DNA of 64,000 nt. Source: a virus. Lineage: Duplodnaviria > Caudoviricetes. The stretch is from positions 1-64,000 of IMG/VR virus record IMGVR_UViG_3300020037_002952. One strand, 5' to 3'. A program made the position numbers and the translations under genes. Every line of letters begins with the position of its first letter. The stretch's first letter is position 1. The notes beneath the pieces were generated by a model. The model was not told the DNA's origin. It did no database searches and saw nothing but the letters and a program-made list of their open reading frames with translations. This document shows, piece after piece, positions 1 through 8,731 of this stretch.

Positions 1-2143
1 ACGGTACCGCCCCATCTGTCCTACATAAACATCCAGCAGACCCGGCAAAAACGGTATGTCCACCATCTTTTGTCTTACGGTTCCCCCAAAGCATCTCTGC
101 TCGGTGTGTGTGGCCGTGAATTGTGGAGATACCTTTAGCAAGATACTTATTAGCTGTTCCACCTTTTGTCGAACTGTATAAATGCCCGTGAACAAAGCGC
201 AAGCCATCGTTCGCCCAGAATTCTGCGTCAGGATAACCTTCTAAATATTCCATTCCGTATTCTTCAAATCTGCATAGATATGAAACTGAGTTAACTGGCT
301 TGTCTTCACCCGAGCGAGCAAGGCCCACTAGATTTGGGAGTTTATCCGTCAAGACGTTTGTTATACGACAGTTGCCTGTGAGGAATGGATGATTATCCCT
401 TGACGCAAAGAATCTTTCGTTTTCGACAACCAAACACCATACCTTTCCGGTATACTCAACTTTTTTCATTGTGGACGCATCAAGCCTTGTTGCTGGAATA
501 TCTGATATATTCAATCTCCAATGAGTTGGGGCGTATTCAGTTAAGGTACAAGAATAACCATTAAAAGTAAACAACTCTTGTAACTCGAATCGAGTCTCCC
601 TAGAATGATAAATTACCCCTGACTTTGTGCCCCCGGTTGGCATTGTTCCATCAGTATATAGCATCTCTTTATAAAAGATATCAAATTGTCGGCGAGACAG
701 ATCTGCTAAAACTAAAGGAAGCTTTGTTTTATTATCAATAATAGCATTAATCTTAGGGGACGACTCTGCGGATACTCTAATATCAAGCGAAGTTTGTGGA
801 GCTTTAAGAAGTTCCTTCCCGCAAATTTCTGTTATATCTCTATCTCTTTCTGTAAAACCATAATTAATATCCAACCGATCAAGTAAACCGAGAATCCTTT
901 GAGCTTTAGACTTGGCTTGATAGAAGCACCATTTTCCAGTGCTGGAGACATAAGAGTCCGTTAAACACCAAGCTATAAGTCTGATTTCATCATCTGTTAT
1001 AGATGGGTCGTCCTTACTTGTGTTTACCACAGAGGTCGGGATTATAGTCCCTGTCATTTCTTCAGCATATGATTCTTTCCATGCGATTGTACCCTTACTA
1101 TATTTATTTGGTTCATAGCCGACAATTCTATGCCCAGGGGTGACTAGCATGTTAAGTCTCCCACCAGAAGAGTACATATCTCCAGAATAATCATAGGATA
1201 AGATTTGTTTGATCGGCAGCCATATTGGCTCTTGGTTATCATCACAGGATAACACAAGTTCGCCCTCAGCCAATTCGTCATAACTTTTTAATCCATTATA
1301 CGTCATTGCCAAAGTGTCTTCACTTAAGCACTCGTGATTTCCTTCTAGCCAAACATTTGTCGAGTTTGGCGCAAGTTCTCGCTGAATTTTTGCTTCAAGT
1401 CCACCACGATCAATGGTTAATTGTGTATTTTGTAGGTAGCCTGGAGCACTTCTATGTGTGCTGAATTCGGGAAAATCTAAGTTGTCTCCTTGATTAACAA
1501 TAAGATCAACTCCGTGTTGTTCTTCTAAGAATAGAATAATCTGGTGGGCTACATCAATAGCTGCTTCATCTTGAGTTGTCGTGAGAGTGCCCCGAGAGTC
1601 CCTGTGGAAGCCGATCTGCATATCCGGTAGTGATATGCCCAACTTCCATCCAGATGGCTTAGAGCGGCTCTTAGAGGGCTTAGAAACGATTTTAACATCA
1701 GGTATCGTTGCTCGTTCGTACTCAACGGCAATATCAGGAATAATCTCAATACTTTGTCTAACCGTTTCACGAGGAACCTGAGTATTGACTCCATCGATCT
1801 TTTCCCAACCCCAACCTTCAGTCTTCGTGAAGCTGGACTTAGAAGCCTTCATTCCTTTGGAAGCTAGCTCTGTGAGAACTTCTTCGATATAACCAAGTTC
1901 ATTATCTTTTAGTTCGAGGCGAACCTTGCCAGACCAATTGCGCTGCCCATACTTTGCGAGCGCAGTAACTTTCACTGGAGGCAAACCATGTTTGTCGAGA
2001 TATTCGACGATCTGTGTCGCCCGTAAACCCTCGCTCCACAATTGTTCTAGAAGAGCTAATTCTGGATGCTCTGAGGGATTTACTAATTTAGTCAATGATT
2101 TGCCTTCCGTAGGGCGACATGTCTCTATGTCGTTTATCGACAT
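1..2143 (-). CDS. Metallophosphoesterase (calcineurin-like) with one intein; 3' end lies outside the window
   Basis: Manual translation (absent from the ORF track because it is open at the edge): MSINDIETCRPT...LPDMQIG...NQGDNLDF...WLEGNHE|intein|CRIT...FVHG...IHGHTH. Canonical D-x-Q/H, GDxxD, GNHE, HG and GHxH motifs. ATG at 2143 overlaps the upstream stop (TAATG). Confidence 0.9.
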   Translation of the reverse strand, partial: MSINDIETCRPTEGKSLTKLVNPSEHPELALLEQLWSEGLRATQIVEYLDKHGLPPVKVTALAKYGQRNWSGKVRLELKDNELGYIEEVLTELASKGMKASKSSFTKTEGWGWEKIDGVNTQVPRETVRQSIEIIPDIAVEYERATIPDVKIVSKPSKSRSKPSGWKLGISLPDMQIGFHRDSRGTLTTTQDEAAIDVAHQIILFLEEQHGVDLIVNQGDNLDFPEFSTHRSAPGYLQNTQLTIDRGGLEAKIQRELAPNSTNVWLEGNHECLSEDTLAMTYNGLKSYDELAEGELVLSCDDNQEPIWLPIKQILSYDYSGDMYSSGGRLNMLVTPGHRIVGYEPNKYSKGTIAWKESYAEEMTGTIIPTSVVNTSKDDPSITDDEIRLIAWCLTDSYVSSTGKWCFYQAKSKAQRILGLLDRLDINYGFTERDRDITEICGKELLKAPQTSLDIRVSAESSPKINAIIDNKTKLPLVLADLSRRQFDIFYKEMLYTDGTMPTGGTKSGVIYHSRETRFELQELFTFNGYSCTLTEYAPTHWRLNISDIPATRLDASTMKKVEYTGKVWCLVVENERFFASRDNHPFLTGNCRITNVLTDKLPNLVGLARSGEDKPVNSVSYLCRFEEYGMEYLEGYPDAEFWANDGLRFVHGHLYSSTKGGTANKYLAKGISTIHGHTHRAEMLWGNRKTKDGGHTVFAGSAGCLCRTDGAVP
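371..1330 (-). mobile_element. Intein (320 aa) with LAGLIDADG endonuclease in the metallophosphoesterase
   Basis: Starts CLSEDTLAMTYNG, ends YTGKVWCLVVENERFFASRDNHPFLTGN, +1 Cys. LAGLIDADG-like helices LIAWCLTDS and EMLYTDG. Confidence 0.9.
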
Positions 2144-2301
2144 TATTCTTCATTTGAACGTCTTCTCGCCCAGAACTTGTTTGCTTTTTTCTTCTTGTCT
2201 TCAAAGCGAACTGAACGATTTGGATTAAACTTGCCGGGTCCATTATCTTCGGGAATCCCCCGAGACTTAAACTTAATATATTTACTTTTCTTTTTCTTCA
2301 T
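2143..2301 (-). CDS. Small highly basic hypothetical protein (52 aa, MKKKKSKYIKFK...)
   Basis: Overlaps both neighbours in operon fashion; start trimmed to the ATG at 2301. Confidence 0.6.
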   Translation of the reverse strand: MKKKKSKYIKFKSRGIPEDNGPGKFNPNRSVRFEDKKKKANKFWARRRSNEE

Positions 2302-2656
2302 GTAATGTTTCTTCTCCGCCATTGACCCATGGTCCGCCATCGACGTAGGCGCATCGTGGGTCATCTTGAAATCCCATTAAATTATGGCCTGCCATTTCGA
2401 CATGAGCGTTTTCGATTAATATTGCTTGATCATTTGCATCAAAGGCTGATAGAAAGCCAGCTATCTCAAAAGCGACATAAAGCGCTGACGGTGAGTAGCC
2501 TTGCATCCATTTCCATTCAATCCAATAATCAGGATCGCCGCCAACATTGCCATCATCAACAACAACGTGTAAAGGTCCACCAACGCCACACCCATCATGT
2601 CTATAAAGTCTTATCATGAGAGTATTAAAACGTTCTTGTTGTTGAAAATTAATCAT
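2282..2656 (-). CDS. Hypothetical protein
   Basis: 124-aa ORF abutting the upstream gene; GGPLHVVVDDGN motif recurrent in phage hypotheticals. Confidence 0.7.
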   Translation of the reverse strand: MINFQQQERFNTLMIRLYRHDGCGVGGPLHVVVDDGNVGGDPDYWIEWKWMQGYSPSALYVAFEIAGFLSAFDANDQAILIENAHVEMAGHNLMGFQDDPRCAYVDGGPWVNGGEETLHEEKEK

Positions 2657-2917
2657 TTAGATTGTAGTACCTTTTGGATCAGAGAAGAAATCAATAAACG
2701 GTTGTGCGTCAACAATCTCGCCACACCTCTCTCGAAGCTTGATGACTTCTTTCTCAAGGTCAGCTATTGTTCGCTTCTGTTGTGCAATGGTGGCATTTTG
2801 TTTCCACCCGATACCATAGTGCATTTCCTCTAACGCTAGATCGGTCAAATCTTTAACATCCGTTAGGATCTTTTTGACGTACTCTACGGAGATTGTTTCT
2901 TCGGTTTCTTTTTCCAT
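2657..2917 (-). CDS. Hypothetical coiled-coil protein, probably leaderless
   Basis: ATG at 2917 lies 7 nt after a TATACT -10 box; coiled-coil-like segment QQKRTIADLEKEVIKLRE. Confidence 0.65.
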   Translation of the reverse strand: MEKETEETISVEYVKKILTDVKDLTDLALEEMHYGIGWKQNATIAQQKRTIADLEKEVIKLRERCGEIVDAQPFIDFFSDPKGTTI

Positions 2918-2924
2918 GTTAACA

Positions 2925-2953
2925 AGTATACACATCTTTAGCCATCTTGTCAA
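2925..2953 (-). promoter_or_regulatory. Sigma70/SigA-type promoter (leaderless)
   Basis: TTGACA-N17-TATACT, then 7 nt to ATG. Confidence 0.8.
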
Positions 2954-3490
2954 GTTCTGCCTGTTTCTTCATGTTTTTGGGTACTCTAATGGTTTTTCCC
3001 GTAGACCTGTCGTACAGTTCCGGGCTTATGGGACCCCTCTAGAACTTTAGAACTGGAGACTTGGTTCGTCTTAGTTTTAAGAGTTCTTTGAAACTTCCAT
3101 AAGTAAGTTTCTTAGTTAGTGCCGAGAGGCTAGCTCAAACAAATCAAGTCCCAAAAGAAGCTATCTTTTTCACTTCTTTAAATCCCAGTCTTATCGCGAC
3201 TAACGCCTGCCTTACAGTTGGCCCGGTTGTTGTAAGCTTGTCTTCAAAACTTTACAACGTCGGCTCGTACTTCGTAACTGTATTTTCTCGCCCTGGTCAA
3301 AAAACAATTGAAGTTTGTTTAATGCAGCACAGCAAGAGAAGCACAAGGTTGTTTCACCTAAAGGTTCCACACACAGGTATCTCTAGCGGATTTACCCACC
3401 GAAATGATTTGTCTGTTGTTCTATGTCATCAGGGTATACCTGGATTACTTTTGTGCCATACTTGCTCCTGTTTGATTTAACGATACTTGT

Positions 3491-3519
3491 ATCGTATCAC
3501 ATATTTTTTCGTTTGTCAA
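3491..3519 (-). promoter_or_regulatory. Sigma70/SigA-type promoter, leftward
   Basis: TTGACA-N17-TACGAT with extended TG; divergent from the promoter at 3539. Confidence 0.7.
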
Positions 3520-3538
3520 GCTGCCTCTTTATTTCAAC

Positions 3539-3567
3539 TTGACAAAAGCTTTACAGTGTGCTATAAT
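3539..3567 (+). promoter_or_regulatory. Consensus sigma70/SigA promoter for the phage sigma factor
   Basis: TTGACA-N17-TATAAT with TGn extension. Confidence 0.85.
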
Positions 3568-3603
3568 TATATCTTAAGAAAGTGATTTGAGAAAGGTTTT
3601 ATT

Positions 3604-4377
3604 TTGCTGAAGAAGAGAAAAAAATACACCTCCGAAGAGAAGGTTCAACTGTTTACCCAGTACCGTGATGGTGATTCTTCTTGCTACACTGAGCTTCTGG
3701 AAGCATATGTCCCTTTGGTTGAAATTATCGCGACTAAAATAAAATCTAAAGTTGGACCTAGTGTTGAACTTGGCGATTTGATTAGTGATGGATTTTTTGG
3801 TTTAGCTGATGCTATCGAAAAATTTGATGAATCTAAAGGATATAAGTTTGAAACGTATGCATCGACTCGTGTGCGCGGGGCGATTTTTGATTCTTTGCGT
3901 GACTATGACTGGGTGTCAAGATATTCTCGCATCAAGTTTAAAACTTTGGATGCCGCTAAATTAGCTCTTTCCGAAAAGTTACAAAGAGAACCAACAGCAG
4001 ATGATATCGCAATCTTTTTAGATTGGTCTATTAATGAAGTTTCTAAAACTGAGGCAGCTTGGGTCCAGTCATTTCCTTTGGATATCGATGGCAGCAAAAG
4101 TGTATATGGAGACGAATCTTTTGATCTTAAAGAAATTATACCTGATACTACTCTAGGCGAACCTGATTTTGATTTTATATCAGAAACTATTTCTGCCGAA
4201 TTTGAAGTAGCTCTCAGTTCTTTATCAGAACAAGAATCTGTTGTGGTATATCTACACCATTATGAAAGTCTTCCATTTGTTCGAATTGCAGAAGAATTAA
4301 ACATTGGGGCAGCGAGAGTTTCGAGGATTTATTCTGGCGCTCTTGAAACCCTGAAATCTAAGCTCTTAGAGAGCTAA
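3604..4377 (+). CDS. RNA polymerase sigma factor, FliA/WhiG (sigma28) family
   Basis: DLISDGFFGLADAIEKFD..KGYKFETYASTRVRGAIFDSLR.YDWVSR (region 2), REPT (region 3), C-terminal HTH IAEELNIGAARVSRI (region 4). Confidence 0.93.
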   Translation: MLKKRKKYTSEEKVQLFTQYRDGDSSCYTELLEAYVPLVEIIATKIKSKVGPSVELGDLISDGFFGLADAIEKFDESKGYKFETYASTRVRGAIFDSLRDYDWVSRYSRIKFKTLDAAKLALSEKLQREPTADDIAIFLDWSINEVSKTEAAWVQSFPLDIDGSKSVYGDESFDLKEIIPDTTLGEPDFDFISETISAEFEVALSSLSEQESVVVYLHHYESLPFVRIAEELNIGAARVSRIYSGALETLKSKLLES

Positions 4378-4379
4378 AG

Positions 4380-4407
4380 TAAACTAAAAGCTCTCGTCTT
4401 ACGTTAT
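4380..4407 (+). promoter_or_regulatory. Putative sigma28-type promoter for nrdJ
   Basis: TAAA-N16-TACGTTAT; member of a recurring motif family. Confidence 0.5.
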
Positions 4408-4441
4408 ATATTTTACAAACAGATCTAAAGAAAGAAGTTAA

Positions 4442-6454
4442 ATGAGCGATTTTTTGTCCTTCCATTTGTCAGACGATTTCATTGAACCCTACAGCAAAAA
4501 GCGGCCAGACTGGGGCTTCCCCGTAGGCGGAAATAATTACCTATCAGAATTAATTTATGTAAACAAGTATTCCGCACTCAAATCAGATGGTACAAAAGAA
4601 CAGTGGTACGAGACTTGCAGGCGATGCATCGAAGGAATGTTTTCAATCCTAAAAGACCACTGTAAAGGTAACCGAACTATCTGGAATGACCTCAAGGCGC
4701 AGAAGTCAGCTAGAGATGCTTATGATAGAATGTTTCATTTCAAATGGATGCCACCGGGCCGAGGGTTACAACATATGGGTCGGGAAGCTATTCACGTCCG
4801 TCAGGACAGCAGCTTCTTGCAGAATTGCGGGTTTTTGACCACTGATAAACTTTCCAATCACTCTGTTTGGGAAGCTGTTGGACCTTTCTCCCGCATGATG
4901 GAAATGTCAATGTGCGGTGTCGGGATCGGCTTCGACACTCGTGGCGCAGGTAACCTTACAATTCATCAGCCGCTTGAAGAGACGAAATCTTATGTTGTGG
5001 AAGATAGTCGCGAAGGATGGGCTAAAGCTGTTGAAGTTCTCTTAGAGAGTTACTTCTTTAAGAATAGAAACTACGTAGACTTTGATTATTCTCTTATTCG
5101 TCCAGCAGGAGCACCACTTAAAAGCTTTGGTGGTCGAGCTAGTGGACCACAACCTCTGATAGATTGTGTTTTTAGGATTAGATTTCTTTTAGATAATCGT
5201 GATGGCGAAAAGATCTCTTCGAGAGATATCGTTGATGTTATGAACCTTATCGGCAAAGCGGTTGTTGCTGGTGGCGCTCGGAGATCGGCACAAATTGCTT
5301 TCGGAGATCCCACTGATATGGATTACGTTGGAATCAAAGACTGGACGCTTGCTAAAAATAGCCTTCGTACAGATCAAAAGTATGGTTGGGCGTGGAATAG
5401 TAATAACTCCGTCTTTGTTGATGATGTTATTTCCCCTGATCTTATTGAAAAAACAATTCTTAACGGAGAGCCAGGGTATATGTGGCTCGGCCTTGCTCAA
5501 CAGTACGGTAGGATGGCCGATCCAAAGAACGATAAAGACTACCGTGCCATGGGCGGGAACCCATGTTTAGAGCAGACACTTGAGGCAAATGAGTGCTGCA
5601 CACTAGTAGAGACTTTCCCCATTAAACATGACGACTACTCTGACTTCAGAAATACTTTGAAGGCAGCCTATCTTTACGGCAAGGCTGTTACACTACTTCC
5701 GACAGCATGGCCTGAAACCAATGAGGTTATGGCGAGAAACCGTCGCATCGGTTGTTCAATGTCAGGGCTTGCAGAATTTGTTGAAACAAGAGGATGGTTC
5801 GAGCTTTGTAACTGGATGAATGAAGGCTATGAATTCATTTGCCATCGTGACAAGAAGTATTCTGAATGGCTCGCCATTCGGGAGAGTATCAAAAATACAT
5901 CCATTAAACCGTCTGGCACCGTGAGTTTGGTGGCCGCTGTAACGGCGGGGGTGCATTGGCCAGTTAATGCTGGAAGTCACATTAGACGTGTGCGCTACTC
6001 GGTTAATGATCCGCTTGTTAAGGTTTTGGTTGACGCCGGTTACCCTTGCGAACCAATGCATGGTGATCCAGAAAATACCGTTGTCGTGACATTTGTGACA
6101 GAATCTGCCAACATTCGAGGTGAACGAGAAGTAAGCATCTGGGAAAAAGCAGAACTAGCTGTTCTCGCTCAGCGCTGGTGGGCTGATAATCAGGTGTCAG
6201 CAACTGTCACCTTTCTTCCATCGGAAGAGGACCAAATTGCCCCACTTTTAACATCAAAGATTGGCCAGATTAAAGGCATTTCGTTCTTACCTCTCCGAGA
6301 AGAAGAGGTTTACTCACAGGCCCCTTACGAAAGAATTGAACCAGAAGATGCAGCGGCTTTCTTAAAAGGAGTCAAGAAGCTAAAGAATCTATATGCCTCT
6401 GGAGCAGAGTCTGTTGGGGATAAGTTTTGTGACTCTGACGTTTGTACGATCTAA
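4442..6454 (+). CDS. nrdJ: Class II (B12-dependent) monomeric ribonucleotide reductase
   Basis: PPGRGL, NC, GVGIGFD, SGPQPL, VAGGARRSA, NPCLEQ.L...ECCTLVE, SIKPSGT, C-terminal FCDSDVC. Confidence 0.95.
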   Translation: MSDFLSFHLSDDFIEPYSKKRPDWGFPVGGNNYLSELIYVNKYSALKSDGTKEQWYETCRRCIEGMFSILKDHCKGNRTIWNDLKAQKSARDAYDRMFHFKWMPPGRGLQHMGREAIHVRQDSSFLQNCGFLTTDKLSNHSVWEAVGPFSRMMEMSMCGVGIGFDTRGAGNLTIHQPLEETKSYVVEDSREGWAKAVEVLLESYFFKNRNYVDFDYSLIRPAGAPLKSFGGRASGPQPLIDCVFRIRFLLDNRDGEKISSRDIVDVMNLIGKAVVAGGARRSAQIAFGDPTDMDYVGIKDWTLAKNSLRTDQKYGWAWNSNNSVFVDDVISPDLIEKTILNGEPGYMWLGLAQQYGRMADPKNDKDYRAMGGNPCLEQTLEANECCTLVETFPIKHDDYSDFRNTLKAAYLYGKAVTLLPTAWPETNEVMARNRRIGCSMSGLAEFVETRGWFELCNWMNEGYEFICHRDKKYSEWLAIRESIKNTSIKPSGTVSLVAAVTAGVHWPVNAGSHIRRVRYSVNDPLVKVLVDAGYPCEPMHGDPENTVVVTFVTESANIRGEREVSIWEKAELAVLAQRWWADNQVSATVTFLPSEEDQIAPLLTSKIGQIKGISFLPLREEEVYSQAPYERIEPEDAAAFLKGVKKLKNLYASGAESVGDKFCDSDVCTI

Positions 6455-6501
6455 TACGACCGTTAAATAAGGTAGAGATGTAATCCGATCTGGAGATAGA
6501 T

Positions 6502-6864
6502 ATGCAACAAAAACAATCTAGCGTAATAAGTAGGGAAGAATCACATGTTGTAGAAGGCTCTAGAGGCCAAAAACCCTATCGAGTAGATCAAATATACCAA
6601 TGGTTGTATGAGAATTCAGACTCTAGAGGTATTGTTATTTATGGGCAAAGAGAAATCGCTCAACTTATTGACATCACGTATCAGAGCATCTGTACCATTT
6701 TACAGGGATTAGTTAAAATAGGTTATCTAAAAAAACATGATGATCGATTTGAAGTCGTTTATGATCCAGATGATATAGTTTGGACAGACGAGGTTAAAAT
6801 GAAATTGCATGAAATCCGCAGAGAATTCGATCTCTCGGCTCACAAAAAAAGGAGAAAAGAATGA
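6502..6864 (+). CDS. Winged-helix DNA-binding protein
   Basis: QREIAQLIDITYQSICTILQGLVKIGYL pattern. Confidence 0.7.
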   Translation: MQQKQSSVISREESHVVEGSRGQKPYRVDQIYQWLYENSDSRGIVIYGQREIAQLIDITYQSICTILQGLVKIGYLKKHDDRFEVVYDPDDIVWTDEVKMKLHEIRREFDLSAHKKRRKE

Positions 6865-7157
6865 ATGAATTCCTAACACTAGCTGGAGGTTGGTTACCAA
6901 TTATCGTAGCGTTTTTGCCTCTAGTTATTGGTCTTGTTACAAAATCTACGGCCCCTCGATCGGTTAAATCAACAATCATGATTATCGTGACTGGTCTAAC
7001 TACTCTCGGTGCGCAGGTCGCTGATGGTGGAGGTATTCTCACTAAAGAAATGGTTACAGCTTGGGCCTTTTCTATTGTTGTTGCGGTAGCGTCGTACTAC
7101 GGCATTTGGTCGCCTTTGGGTGCTGGAAATATTGCTCCTGACCAGGGAATTGGTTAA
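6861..7157 (+). CDS. Putative holin (actinophage type)
   Basis: 98 aa with about 3 hydrophobic segments; LPLVIGLVTK...AVASYYGIW resembles actinobacteriophage holins. Confidence 0.65.
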   Translation: MNEFLTLAGGWLPIIVAFLPLVIGLVTKSTAPRSVKSTIMIIVTGLTTLGAQVADGGGILTKEMVTAWAFSIVVAVASYYGIWSPLGAGNIAPDQGIG

Positions 7158-7170
7158 TAACTAAAATCTT

Positions 7171-7216
7171 AGCAAGTCCAGTGTATACCCCAATGTTTGC
7201 ACTGGACTTGCTTTTT
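7171..7216 (+). terminator. Intrinsic terminator overlapping the next promoter
   Basis: AGCAAGTCCAGTG...CACTGGACTTGCT 13-bp stem followed by a T-run. Confidence 0.8.
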
Positions 7217-7236
7217 ATTTGAAAGTGTGATATAAT
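7208..7236 (+). promoter_or_regulatory. Sigma70/SigA-type promoter (leaderless) heading the resolvase/glycosylation operon
   Basis: TTGCTT-N17-TATAAT with TG extension, 6 nt to ATG 7243. Confidence 0.75.
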
Positions 7237-7242
7237 ATAGAT

Positions 7243-7473
7243 ATGATAGAAGAGGCCACGATAACAAGATTAGCGAGCGAATTTTCCACAAGATTAGAAG
7301 CTCTCGATGTCTTCGTTATGGACTATAATCTTTTTGTCTACGAAGTGGATAAGATTTACGCAGATTTCGAAGAGTTACGTAAAGATGTAATTGCTGGTAA
7401 GGTAAATATATTTTTTACTGTAGAATGTTTTCTTGGTGAAAATGTCTGGAACTTCTTAGATGAGGAAGAATGA
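7243..7473 (+). CDS. Hypothetical acidic protein
   Basis: First gene after the promoter; ATGA overlap with the next gene. Confidence 0.65.
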   Translation: MIEEATITRLASEFSTRLEALDVFVMDYNLFVYEVDKIYADFEELRKDVIAGKVNIFFTVECFLGENVWNFLDEEE

Positions 7474-7841
7474 AGCCAGGGACAGCAAAAGCTAAGGGAG
7501 CCCAGACCGAAATAATGTACGTTAAACATCTTGTTGAAAAATACAATTTGTGCAATGTTGAACGTCGGCATCTCGCCGGGGCTTTGGATAAAGGTGATCT
7601 TGCTGGATGGGTTAAGCAGGATGGTTCCAAATCAGTTTGTTGTGAAATAAAAAGCGGAGCATCCCTAAGTATTCCTAAGTGGCTCTCAGAACTTAAAGCT
7701 GAAAAGAAAAATAGTAACGCTGATGTAGGATTCGTTGTTGTACGACCTAAAGGAAAGCCTGCTGTAGAAGATTGGTTTGTTTTAATGCCCCATCCAGAGT
7801 TTATGGAACTAATGCGAGAAGCTGGATATTTACATGACTGA
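7470..7841 (+). CDS. Holliday junction resolvase (PD-(D/E)XK fold)
   Basis: AKAKG...E, VERR, DKGDL, CEIK, W..EL..EK motifs of the phage Hjc-like family. Confidence 0.8.
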   Translation: MKPGTAKAKGAQTEIMYVKHLVEKYNLCNVERRHLAGALDKGDLAGWVKQDGSKSVCCEIKSGASLSIPKWLSELKAEKKNSNADVGFVVVRPKGKPAVEDWFVLMPHPEFMELMREAGYLHD

Positions 7842-8541
7842 TATTATCGTTGGATGCCCCGTAGCTAATCGCAGTTGGATTTTACCTACATGGAAGAAAT
7901 ATGTAGATGCGGCTATCCCGGAGTCTTGGAATTTGCATTATATTTTTGCTGTTCCAATGTGGGACGAAGAAACTTTAGAACTTCTAGGATCTTGGGAAAA
8001 TACCCAGATTATTCCAACAGAAGAACCTCAAAGAAAAGACGTTAGAGATTGGGCTAATACAGATTCCTTTACTCGTATGGCTGATTTGAGAAACCATATT
8101 CTAAAGTTCGTTCGCCAGCATCATCCAGACTTTTATCTTTCTCTTGATTCTGACATCTTGCTCAGACAGCAAGCATTTGACGATATGTATGAAACGCTAA
8201 CTCAACAGAACTGCAATGCGGTAAGTAGCATAACCTATCTTGATCCTACTGACGCATCGGTAACCAACGCAGCGAATTGGCGTAACCCATCTACGTTCCA
8301 GCAATTCAAAAGAATAGCTCCGGGGACGGTTGTGCCTGCTGGAATTCTAATGGCAATTAATATGATGGATAATTTAGCTTACAACGTAAATTATGATTAT
8401 CATTATTATGGAGAAGATTTTGGCTGGAGCAAAAATGCAGCTAACGCTGGCTTGAAAATGTATATAGATGGAAGAACTTCAAGTAAGCACGTAATGTACC
8501 CAGAGTGGTTAGAAATAGAGGACAAAAGAGTTGGCTACTAA
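7834..8541 (+). CDS. Glycosyltransferase (GT-A fold)
   Basis: LRN..L, SLDSD (DxD), GEDFGW, H motifs. Confidence 0.8.
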   Translation: MTDIIVGCPVANRSWILPTWKKYVDAAIPESWNLHYIFAVPMWDEETLELLGSWENTQIIPTEEPQRKDVRDWANTDSFTRMADLRNHILKFVRQHHPDFYLSLDSDILLRQQAFDDMYETLTQQNCNAVSSITYLDPTDASVTNAANWRNPSTFQQFKRIAPGTVVPAGILMAINMMDNLAYNVNYDYHYYGEDFGWSKNAANAGLKMYIDGRTSSKHVMYPEWLEIEDKRVGY

Positions 8542-8731
8542 AAGACCAGTAAAAAAAACTGCACAAGAAATAGAAGTCGGAGATATACTTGACAACCAGT
8601 ATAAAGTTACTTGGATTTCTCAATTGACCTTAAGAGATGGAAGCTGTAGCTTTGATGTAAAAGATATTAGAGACAATGGACTCTGCAAAAAAGTTAAATG
8701 TCCTCCCGGCACAACGTTTGATGTCTCATGA
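8531..8731 (+). CDS. Small hypothetical protein (SH3/KOW-like)
   Basis: Fills the gap between coupled genes; AQEIEVGDIL..YKV. Confidence 0.55.
   Translation: MATKRPVKKTAQEIEVGDILDNQYKVTWISQLTLRDGSCSFDVKDIRDNGLCKKVKCPPGTTFDVS

Noticed and set aside
1225-2228. Plus-strand ORFs 1225..1464, 1581..1781, 1926..2228 and minus-strand 1549..1794
   Set aside because: Shadow frames of the real minus-strand metallophosphoesterase gene.
3121-3200. GGCTAGCTCA resembling a tRNA D-arm start
   Set aside because: No T-loop (GTTCRA), acceptor stem or cloverleaf follows.
3350-3435. CTGATGA on the minus strand with a GAAAC further downstream, suggesting a hammerhead ribozyme
   Set aside because: No stem II closes between CUGAUGA and GAAA, and stems I/III cannot be built.
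3238-3480. 80-aa plus-strand ORF in the non-coding gap
   Set aside because: TTG start without RBS, no recognisable motifs, and it runs against the leftward promoter.
8531-8731. AQEIEVGDIL resembling an intein/Hint fragment (split intein)
   Set aside because: No N-terminal Cys block, block B or C-terminal Asn; the motif is generic for SH3/KOW barrels.
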